This document shows positions 56,975 through 64,000 of a DNA stretch of 64,000 nt, one piece after another. The stretch comes from an uncultured Gemmatimonadales bacterium. GTDB lineage: Bacteria > Gemmatimonadota > Gemmatimonadetes > Longimicrobiales > RSA9. Position 1 is the first letter of the stretch; each line of letters starts with the position of its first letter. The notes below the pieces were generated by a model, which saw only the letters and a list, made by a program, of their open reading frames with translations, was not told the DNA's origin and searched no databases. The position numbers and the translations under genes were made by a program. The stretch spans positions 416,001 through 480,000 of the forward strand of contig CAWAMW010000017.1 in NCBI GenBank assembly GCA_963783305.1. Reading direction: 5' to 3'.

Positions 56975-59134
56975 GTGATCAGGCTCATGAACACGCGGAT
57001 CGGGGCTCGCCTGATGCTCGGCATAGGCGGAGTGCTGATCCTCACCGTAGCGGTGCTGGGGGGGCTGGCGTATCGGCAGGTCCAGACCACCGTAGCCAAG
57101 GCGGAGCGGTCGGAGCTGACTGCGCTGTTCCAGAGTGCCACATCAGGGATCGCTGGAGAGGCGCGGCTGGCTTCCGCGTTGGCTGCCTTCGCCGCAGCCG
57201 AGCCGAGGACGCAAAGCGCCTTCGCCGCCCGCGATCGCGACACGCTGCGGAGTCTGTACACTCCAGTCTTCGAGGCACTGAGCCGGGAGTACGGCGCCGA
57301 GCAGTTCCAGTTCCACCTGGCGCCCGCCACCTCCTTTCTCCGGCTCCACGAACCCGAGAAGTTCGGGGATGACCTGTCCGGCTTCCGCCAGACTGTTGTC
57401 GCAGCGAATACGGAGGATCGAACCGTCCGTGGCCTGGAGTCGGGCGTGGCCGGATTCGGAATTCGAGGCGTCGTTCCAGTGCACCACGCTGGAAAAGCGG
57501 TCGGTACCGTGGAATTCGGGATGCGTCTGGACCAGGCGTTCTTCGACCGCTTCAAGAACAGGCATGGTGCCGAAATCGCCTTCTATGAGGCGACGGAGGG
57601 AGGCTTCGTTCTCCGCGGCAGTACCCTGGCGGATGCGGAGGGCGCCCCACGACTCGCTGAGTTACAGCGGGCGCTGGACGCAACAGGGACTGGTGAGGTC
57701 GTGGTGCGCCGGCGGGCGGGCGCAGACCGAGCGGTTTTGCTGAGGCCGCTCGACGACTATGAGGGGAAGCCGGCAGGCGTTCTCGAGATTGCGTTCAACC
57801 GCTCGTCCTATGCGGCTCTACTCGATGAGTTCCGCGTCATGGTCCTCTTCGCCGGCCTGACCGTCTTGCTTGTGGGATTCGGTCTGGCGTACTGGTTGAC
57901 TCGCGCGATAAACCAGCAGCGCCAGCTCGAACAGCAACTGCAGAACGCGCAGAGGATGGAGTCGATAGGTCGCCTCACCGGAGGAGTGGCTCACGACTTC
58001 AACAACTTCCTGACCGTGATTCAGGGGTTCGCCTCGTTGATCGAGAGCCACGGAGATGAGTTGCACCAGGAAGTCCGTGAATCCACTGCTGAAATTGCTG
58101 GAGCTGCGCAGGGCGCGGCGACGCTGACGCGTCAGCTTCTGGCGTACAGCCGTCAGCAGGTCCTCGAGCCCACGGTGCTCGACCTGAACGCACTGATCGC
58201 CTCAACCCATAGGATGCTGGTACGGCTGCTCGGAGAGCACATCCAGTTCGACCTGAGGTTGTCGCCGGAGCTTGGTTGCGTGTACGCGGATGCAGGGCAG
58301 CTCCAGCAGGTGCTCATGAACCTGGCCGTGAACGCGCGTGACGCAATGCCCGAGGCCGGACGCCTGTCCATCGCTACGCGCAACGAGACGGTAGACGGGG
58401 CGCGGGCCGCGTCTCATCCAGCTTTCCAGCGGGGGCGCTACGTGGTCATGGAAGTAGCGGACACGGGCCACGGCATGGACAAGGCCACGCTGGACCAGAT
58501 CTTCGATCCCTTCTTCACCACCAAGGCGCCGGGCGAAGGCACGGGCCTCGGCCTTTCCACCGTCTACGGAATCGTGAAGCAGAGTGGTGGCTTCATCTGG
58601 CCGTACAGCGAACCGTCCATCGGGACGACATTCAGGATTTACCTCCCGGCCGCCTCACGCCGACCGTCGGCGCCCGAAGCTACGACTCCACGCATAACGG
58701 ACACCCTACTGGATGGCAGCTCGTGGAGCGTCCTCGTCGTGGACGATGAGGATCCGGTTCGACGTCTCGTCCGGAAGGCACTGGAGCGCCGTGCCTTCAC
58801 AGTCATGGAGGCGGAATCCGGTTCGGAGGCGCTGGCGATCCTGGAGCAGTCGACCGTATCCATCGACCTCCTCCTTACTGACATGGCCATGCCGGCAATG
58901 GGCGGAAAAGAACTCGGCGAACGGGCGCACCAGGTTCGGCCGGACCTCCCCATCGTGTACATGTCGGGCTACAGCAAGGACTTCCTCTCGCGACGGGGAG
59001 ATCTCGAATTCCGAGCCACCGTGCTCGAAAAACCGTTCACACCTGCGCGGCTGTTGGACGTCGTGGCCGAAACGATCGAGGCCCGCGGCGTGGCTGCAGG
59101 GCACGAGGCGACCGATCGACAACGCTCGGTGTAA
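56975..59134 (+). CDS. Hybrid sensor histidine kinase / receiver (CckA-like) with Cache sensor
   Basis: [14 protein letters not shown]-box, [54 protein letters not shown] receiver. Confidence 0.95.
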   Translation: MIRLMNTRIGARLMLGIGGVLILTVAVLGGLAYRQVQTTVAKAERSELTALFQSATSGIAGEARLASALAAFAAAEPRTQSAFAARDRDTLRSLYTPVFEALSREYGAEQFQFHLAPATSFLRLHEPEKFGDDLSGFRQTVVAANTEDRTVRGLESGVAGFGIRGVVPVHHAGKAVGTVEFGMRLDQAFFDRFKNRHGAEIAFYEATEGGFVLRGSTLADAEGAPRLAELQRALDATGTGEVVVRRRAGADRAVLLRPLDDYEGKPAGVLEIAFNRSSYAALLDEFRVMVLFAGLTVLLVGFGLAYWLTRAINQQRQLEQQLQNAQRMESIGRLTGGVAHDFNNFLTVIQGFASLIESHGDELHQEVRESTAEIAGAAQGAATLTRQLLAYSRQQVLEPTVLDLNALIASTHRMLVRLLGEHIQFDLRLSPELGCVYADAGQLQQVLMNLAVNARDAMPEAGRLSIATRNETVDGARAASHPAFQRGRYVVMEVADTGHGMDKATLDQIFDPFFTTKAPGEGTGLGLSTVYGIVKQSGGFIWPYSEPSIGTTFRIYLPAASRRPSAPEATTPRITDTLLDGSSWSVLVVDDEDPVRRLVRKALERRAFTVMEAESGSEALAILEQSTVSIDLLLTDMAMPAMGGKELGERAHQVRPDLPIVYMSGYSKDFLSRRGDLEFRATVLEKPFTPARLLDVVAETIEARGVAAGHEATDRQRSV

Positions 59135-59413
59135 GCCGCCCACCCGTCTAAGAACCTGGCGCTGTCTTCACGAGGTCGATGCGGCACGACGGACCGGAGA
59201 ACGGCAGAGCGCAGACCTCATCCACGGCCCGGCCACTGCTACATTCTCCACTCCCAGATCACACCTCCTGGGAGGTATGGCACCCGAATTACAGGCGTGC
59301 AGCCACACCCTCGACTCCCCAGGGAACTCGAACCTGCGGAAGACGACAGCCCGTTCTTCTCGCTGTTCCGCCAGATCCGTCGCAGAAGCCGTCGAAGTCT
59401 TCCGTAGGTAAAT

Positions 59414-59468
59414 CAGGGTACGGAAAAGCCCCAGCGGCCTAAGCCCCTGGGGCGCAACGACTTCCGAA
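59414..59468. repeat. Right copy of island-bounding direct repeat
   Basis: 52/55 identical to 52976-53030; immediately 3' of tRNA-Val. Confidence 0.9.
59424..59453 (-). terminator. Probable intrinsic terminator of the tRNA transcript
   Basis: GCCCCAG..CTGGGGC stem followed by TTTT on the - strand, just downstream of tRNA-Val. Confidence 0.55.
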
Positions 59469-59475
59469 TTTGCCA

Positions 59476-59549
<74 letters not shown>

Positions 59550-59673
59550 GAAGGGAGCGTAGCTCAGCCTCGTGACGCGAAGCGTTACGAGAACTACCTC
59601 TCCCGGACAGCAGATCCTTCCGCGGGAGCCTCACCACACATGGCGAGGAACCACTTCTCCCGACCTCACTTCA

Positions 59674-59746
59674 TACCCCCAGGGGGAATCGAACCCCCGT
59701 CTTCTGGCTGAGAACCAGATATCCTGGGCCACTAGACGATGGGGGC
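59674..59746 (-). tRNA. tRNA-Glu (anticodon CTC); CCA not encoded
   Basis: GCCCCCA/TGGGGGT acceptor stem, TCTGG-TTCTCAG-CCAGA anticodon arm, GGGGG-TTCGATT-CCCCC T-arm. Confidence 0.95.
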
Positions 59747-59783
59747 CAGGACAGCCCGAAACTTAACGAAAGGGACCCGACGG

Positions 59784-60740
59784 TCAACCCCTCATCCGGG
59801 CCGCTACTGCCCACGCCAGCAGCGGCACCATGATCTCGTGGTGGCCCGTGATCTGGTACCCCACGCCGCCCCCCGTCCGCGTGGGCCGCTCCACCACGTT
59901 CACACGGCTCCGGTAGTGCCGGATCATGTCCAGGTCCACCGCCGTGAATGCCCGCGGCCGGCCGTCGTGGAGGTTCCTGCACACCGTGAGCGCCTTGAGG
60001 AACACTTCCGGCATGATCACGGCCGAGCCCAGGTTCAGCACGACCCCGCCCTCCAGCGCCGTCATCGCGGCGGCCAGCCGCCGGAAGTCCGTGTGGCTGG
60101 TGCCGCCGATGGCCGCACCGTCGGCGGCCGGGTGCTGGTGGATGATCTCCGCGCCGATCGCCGCGTGCACCGTGAACGGGACGCCCAGTCGGCGGGCGGC
60201 CAGCAGGAGCGACCGCTCCGGGTGCGCCAGGTCGTCGCGCGACTCGAGCGCCCGGCCGACGGCCTCTCCCAGGCCCCAGCCCTCCGCGGCGCCGCGCGTG
60301 ATCGCCTCGTTCATCTCGCGCCCGGTCTCCTCGGCCATCCCGAAGGTGCCGTCCGCCAGCCCCGCCTCCACGTCCTCGCTGGTGCCGCCCCAGCGCGCCA
60401 TCTCGTAATCATGGATGATGGCGGAGCCGTTGCTCGCCAGGTGGGTGATTACGCCCCGCTCCATCAGGTCGATGAGGACCGGGGCCACACCCGTCTTCAC
60501 GATGTGGCCGCCCATCATGCAGATCACACCGCGGCCACCCCGCGCGGCCGTAACGAGCGCGTCCACCACGGCCCGGAGGCTTCGGGCCTCCAGAATGTCC
60601 GGGAGCGAGTCGAAGAACGCGGCGAAGGAAGCGTCGCCGGAAGGCGTGCCGGCAAACTCTTCCGACCGCACCTTGTTGGGACGGCCGGCGACGGGCACGG
60701 TTCGCAGCTCGGACAGGTCGGCTTCTTCGGGTCGGTTCAT
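59784..60740 (-). CDS. Conserved protein, deoxyhypusine-synthase-like fold
   Basis: MGGHIVKTG, ASNGS.IIHDYE, TSEDV, FGMAEETG, GSAVIMPEVFLKA, GHHEIMVP. Confidence 0.7.
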   Translation of the reverse strand: MNRPEEADLSELRTVPVAGRPNKVRSEEFAGTPSGDASFAAFFDSLPDILEARSLRAVVDALVTAARGGRGVICMMGGHIVKTGVAPVLIDLMERGVITHLASNGSAIIHDYEMARWGGTSEDVEAGLADGTFGMAEETGREMNEAITRGAAEGWGLGEAVGRALESRDDLAHPERSLLLAARRLGVPFTVHAAIGAEIIHQHPAADGAAIGGTSHTDFRRLAAAMTALEGGVVLNLGSAVIMPEVFLKALTVCRNLHDGRPRAFTAVDLDMIRHYRSRVNVVERPTRTGGGVGYQITGHHEIMVPLLAWAVAARMRG

Positions 60741-60777
60741 GGCCTGGGGTCGTCGGCCGGCGCGAGGCGCGGCCTGG

Positions 60778-61572
60778 TCAGCGGGTCGACAGCGGCTGGC
60801 CCGGGGTATAGCCGGTGAGCGTGAGCCCGAGTCGTCCGATGATCGGTACCTTGGAGCTCATCTTCACCAGGATCCTCCGCCAGTCGTCGGTGAAATACAC
60901 CTCCGCCTCGCCCCCCTCGCCGAACAGCCCGCTGGTCCGGATGATCGGCTGCACCACGACGACCGGCACGTCGCCACCCTGCGGGCCCCGCATGACCTCG
61001 CGGCGGAGCACCTTCAGCGTCACCGGATTGCCGGACTCCTTGTAGTAGCGGTTCAGCGTGTACGTGCGGCCGGGCTCCAGATCGAGCGTACGGACGTAGT
61101 AGAGGAACGAGACCTCGTCGAGCGGCTCATCCGATGCGAGCGGCTCGGTCTTCCCGCTGTCCCGGTGCTGGTAGATCATGCGTTCCGGGAAGAAGTCGTA
61201 GGATCGCTCGGAATTGTATGTGATCTCGTGCTGCCGCTTGTAGTGCCGACGGGCGAAGAGCTGGTCCACGTCCAGCCACGACTCGAACAGATCGTCCACC
61301 GACCCCACCAGGACCTTGCCGTTCAGGCCGAACTGGAGGTGATACGTGGCGTGGCCGTGCACCCGCTCGGTGCCCACCACCTCCATGTACCCGGTGCCGA
61401 CCTTGCCGAAGATGCCCAGCGAGACCTTGTACTCCGCGCGCTCGCCCGGCCCGAACGGGACCATGTCGGGAGCGGCGCCCAGCGGCGCGCCTCCCTGTGC
61501 CGAGGCGATCGGTGGGAGCAGCATGAGGATCGCGACGGCGATGAACGCCGCCCGGTGCAACCGGCGCCTCAC
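60778..61572 (-). CDS. DUF3108-like secreted protein
   Basis: Signal peptide, PFGPGERAEY, LDEVSFLYYVR, YFTDD.RRILVK. Confidence 0.75.
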   Translation of the reverse strand: MRRRLHRAAFIAVAILMLLPPIASAQGGAPLGAAPDMVPFGPGERAEYKVSLGIFGKVGTGYMEVVGTERVHGHATYHLQFGLNGKVLVGSVDDLFESWLDVDQLFARRHYKRQHEITYNSERSYDFFPERMIYQHRDSGKTEPLASDEPLDEVSFLYYVRTLDLEPGRTYTLNRYYKESGNPVTLKVLRREVMRGPQGGDVPVVVVQPIIRTSGLFGEGGEAEVYFTDDWRRILVKMSSKVPIIGRLGLTLTGYTPGQPLSTR

Positions 61573-62315
61573 GCCGTTCCGCCCGCGGGACGGCGTCTCG
61601 GCTTGAGCAGGCGAGCCAGCTCACGGGAGGTCGGGACCGGCCGGAACCGGCTCTCCCGCTGCAGTCGCTCGTAGCGCACCTCCACGTCCACGGCCTCGGT
61701 GCGGCGCGAGTGCGGGACCACGTGCCCCAGAAGCTCCGCGTTGGCCGCCCAACCCTCCGTGCTGATCAGCGGCGCCGAGCCCTGCGCCTCCATGGCCCTG
61801 AGCAGCACCATGACGCGGTACGCCCTGAAGCCCGACAGCACGTCGCCTTCCACCTCGCCGCCGTGGACCCGCCGGAGCAGGTAGTGCCACGCCGTCCGCG
61901 TCCACCGGAACGCTCTCGGCGCTGAGCCCGCGACAATGTGCATCCGGCCGGTCACCACGTCCGCGCCCCCCTCGATCCGCTTCACCAGCGTGACCACGTC
62001 CCCCGGCTCGTCGGTGAAGTCGGCCTGGAGCGTCACCACCACATCCCGCTTCGGGTACGCCGCCCGGTTCGACGCTTCCCGCACCAGCGCCTCCAGCGAC
62101 GACGCGTACCCCTCGCGGCTCTCGTTCCTCCGCACGTGGATCGGCATGATCCGGGTGTAGGGAGTGATGACATCGGACGTCCCGTCGGTGGACCCGTCGT
62201 CCACTACGAGGACCTCGTAGTCACGCTCGAACTCCGCCATCACCTCCCGGATCTTCCACAGCACGACCCCGATGGTGCGCTCTTCGTTGTATGCCGGTAT
62301 GCAGATATAGATCAC
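61569..62315 (-). CDS. Glycosyltransferase family 2
   Basis: IYICIPAYNEE, VVDDGSTDGT, ADVV, SGFRAY; GTG start. Confidence 0.88.
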   Translation of the reverse strand: MIYICIPAYNEERTIGVVLWKIREVMAEFERDYEVLVVDDGSTDGTSDVITPYTRIMPIHVRRNESREGYASSLEALVREASNRAAYPKRDVVVTLQADFTDEPGDVVTLVKRIEGGADVVTGRMHIVAGSAPRAFRWTRTAWHYLLRRVHGGEVEGDVLSGFRAYRVMVLLRAMEAQGSAPLISTEGWAANAELLGHVVPHSRRTEAVDVEVRYERLQRESRFRPVPTSRELARLLKPRRRPAGGTA

Positions 62316-62334
62316 TTGGAGCTCATTTCGATCA

Positions 62335-63270
62335 TCACGGTTCTCGACCCACTTCCTTGTACCTCGCGCCCCCGCCGCCGTTCCCCGGCCGCGTCTTCCA
62401 GCGACGATGGTGCCAGAGATACTGCCCGGGCTCCTCCCGCACCGCCGCCTCCAGCGCCGCCGCCAGCTCCGCCGTAAGCAGGTCCGCCTGCTCCTCGGCG
62501 TCCGCCGCGACCGGCATCGGCACCGGCCGGATCGTGACCCGATAGCCGCCGTCCGCGCGGCGCACGGCCGTCCCCATGAATACGGGGGCCCCCGTCCTCG
62601 ACGCCAGCACCGCCGGCCCGCGGTGCGTCGAGGCGGGGCGGCCGAAGAACGGCACGAAGACGCCCCGCGATCGGGCGTCCTGGTCGGCCACCAGCGCCAC
62701 CGCTCGTCCCTTGCGCAGCGAGCGCAACGACGCCTTCGTGGCGCCGCCACGCCGGATGACCGTCATGCCCAGCCGCTCACGGGCCTGGTTGATGAGCCGG
62801 TCGATATGTGGGTTCGCCTGCCGCTGCGCCACCACGTCCAGCGGCACCCCGCGCGCGGCCACACTCGCACCGCCGATCTCCCAGTTCCCCAGATGTCCGG
62901 TGACCAGGATGGCGCCCGCGCCGCTCTCCACCGCTTGCCGCAGCGCTTCCAGCCCCCTCACCTCCGTGGCCGCGATGACCTCGTCCCGGCCGAGGCGGGA
63001 CAGTCTCAGGAGCATCATCGCCTCCTGTCCCAGGTGCTCGTACGACGCGGCGGCCACGCGCCCGATCCACCGCTCGTCCCGATCGCCGAAGGCGTCCCGG
63101 AGCTGTTGCTCCACGACCCGCCGACGGATCCCCAGGCGGCGATAGGCGAAACGGCCGAGCGCGGCGGCGAGGCGGCCGCTGAGGCGCGCGCCGACCACCC
63201 GGTCGAAGCCGCGGGCCAGGAGAACGAGGCCGTACTCGAGACGGTGTTGCGCGCGACGTCGCAGGCTCAT
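62335..63270 (-). CDS. lpxL: Lipid A lauroyl/myristoyl acyltransferase (LpxL/HtrB family)
   Basis: LVTGHLGNWE, LVADQD, VPFFGRPAST, PGQYLWHHRRWK. Confidence 0.9.
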   Translation of the reverse strand: MSLRRRAQHRLEYGLVLLARGFDRVVGARLSGRLAAALGRFAYRRLGIRRRVVEQQLRDAFGDRDERWIGRVAAASYEHLGQEAMMLLRLSRLGRDEVIAATEVRGLEALRQAVESGAGAILVTGHLGNWEIGGASVAARGVPLDVVAQRQANPHIDRLINQARERLGMTVIRRGGATKASLRSLRKGRAVALVADQDARSRGVFVPFFGRPASTHRGPAVLASRTGAPVFMGTAVRRADGGYRVTIRPVPMPVAADAEEQADLLTAELAAALEAAVREEPGQYLWHHRRWKTRPGNGGGGARYKEVGREP

Positions 63271-63935
63271 GACTCGCCGAAATCGGTGCGGATGAACGAG
63301 TAGCGGCGGCCGTCGTGTGTGATGTAGAAGATCCGGTAGCCGTAGCGCTCCAGCACCCCCACGAGCTCCTCCACACCGTCGCGCTCCTCCGGGCTCGACG
63401 CGGTGGGGAACGCCACCAGCAACTGCCGGACGTCGACCTCCAGCGCCACCAGGTCGCGGATAGCCGCGGACGCCCCGGCCGCGTTCAGCTTCACCAGGTC
63501 CACTCGGCGGTGGCCCAGCGTCTTCATGAGGCTCCCGAGCCGGACCGTTCCGGCGCCCTGCATCCCCAGGGACGGATCCGCATCCCGGTTCTCCGCACCC
63601 ACCTGGATGGCGTCGAGCTGAAGCTCGTCGAGCAGACCTTCCGCCTCCGCGCGCGCGGCCACCTCGGGGTGCGGGTCGAAGAGGTACACCCGTGCGGAGT
63701 AGTCCTGGATGAGTGCCCGCTCCAGCTGGAGGTCGCTCCCGAGATCGAACGAATACACGAGGTCGCCGGGCCGCAGCACCTCGGGGCAGATCCACCAGCC
63801 ACCGTGCTGCACGCGGTGAGCTCGTATCTGCACGCGCGTCCGCGGCTCCGTGCCCTGCCACTGCCGGACCCTGCGTCGGATCCGGGCCAGCGACCATCGC
63901 CAGGCGCTCATCCGCTTCGCCTGCCCATCCCTCAT
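63267..63935 (-). CDS. FkbM/Methyltransf_21-22-like protein with degenerate motifs
   Basis: GGWWICP..LVYSF.LG.D, LFDP.P, LMKTLGHRRVDLVKL; ATGA coupled to lpxL. Confidence 0.65.
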   Translation of the reverse strand: MRDGQAKRMSAWRWSLARIRRRVRQWQGTEPRTRVQIRAHRVQHGGWWICPEVLRPGDLVYSFDLGSDLQLERALIQDYSARVYLFDPHPEVAARAEAEGLLDELQLDAIQVGAENRDADPSLGMQGAGTVRLGSLMKTLGHRRVDLVKLNAAGASAAIRDLVALEVDVRQLLVAFPTASSPEERDGVEELVGVLERYGYRIFYITHDGRRYSFIRTDFGES

Positions 63936-64000
63936 TGCCCCTCCGGCCCCTCGGGTTCCGCGCCAAGATAAGGCCCGTCGCTGCCGCGCGCCCGCCCGGG

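Larger units (their letters stand above)
52976..59468. mobile_element. Integrase-less genomic islet at the 3' end of tRNA-Val
   Basis: 55-bp direct repeats 6438 bp apart, adjacent tRNA, visibly more A/T-ending codons in the cargo genes than in the flanks. Confidence 0.75.

Noticed and set aside
59135..59410. Possible integrase C-terminal remnant next to tRNA-Val
   Set aside because: No convincing H-x-x-R or GH..T..Y motif in the + strand frames I translated or in the listed - strand ORF; only vague similarity.
63932..64000. 3' end of an upstream - strand gene overlapping the FkbM-like start
   Set aside because: Only about 22 codons are visible; product cannot be identified.

Overview
High-GC bacterial chromosomal window. 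The gene content (acidobacterial-type PadR with ADOP-type ABC permeases, an Oar-like TonB receptor, LpxL) suggests a diderm, probably Gemmatimonadota-like; this taxonomy is inference. It holds about 50 genes. Main blocks: a MalT-like LuxR regulator module; two GbsR/MarR regulators heading a TolC-MFP-RND-MlaE-MlaF-MlaD operon; peptidases and oxidoreductases; a putative phospholipid-degradation operon (lipase, OMPLA-like protein, NPP phosphodiesterase); an internally deleted PLP-decarboxylase pseudogene; a K+ channel; a BlaR/BlaI module; tRNA-Val(CAC) and tRNA-Glu(CTC); and the end of an LPS/lipid A cluster. The most notable observations are four. (1) Two related ~165-bp mini-arrays (37-nt palindromic repeat plus 24-nt spacer, 61-nt period) bracket the BlaR/BlaI module. 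(2) That module's target genes are a catalytically dead, membrane-anchored beta-lactamase-fold protein and a paralogue lacking its catalytic domain. (3) A 6.4-kb integrase-less island at tRNA-Val is bounded by a 55-bp direct repeat, and in it a chemoreceptor and a hybrid histidine kinase share a recently duplicated 310-codon sensor. (4) An RND efflux pump appears co-transcribed with an Mla/MCE transporter. All calls come from reading motifs by eye; no database searches were run.
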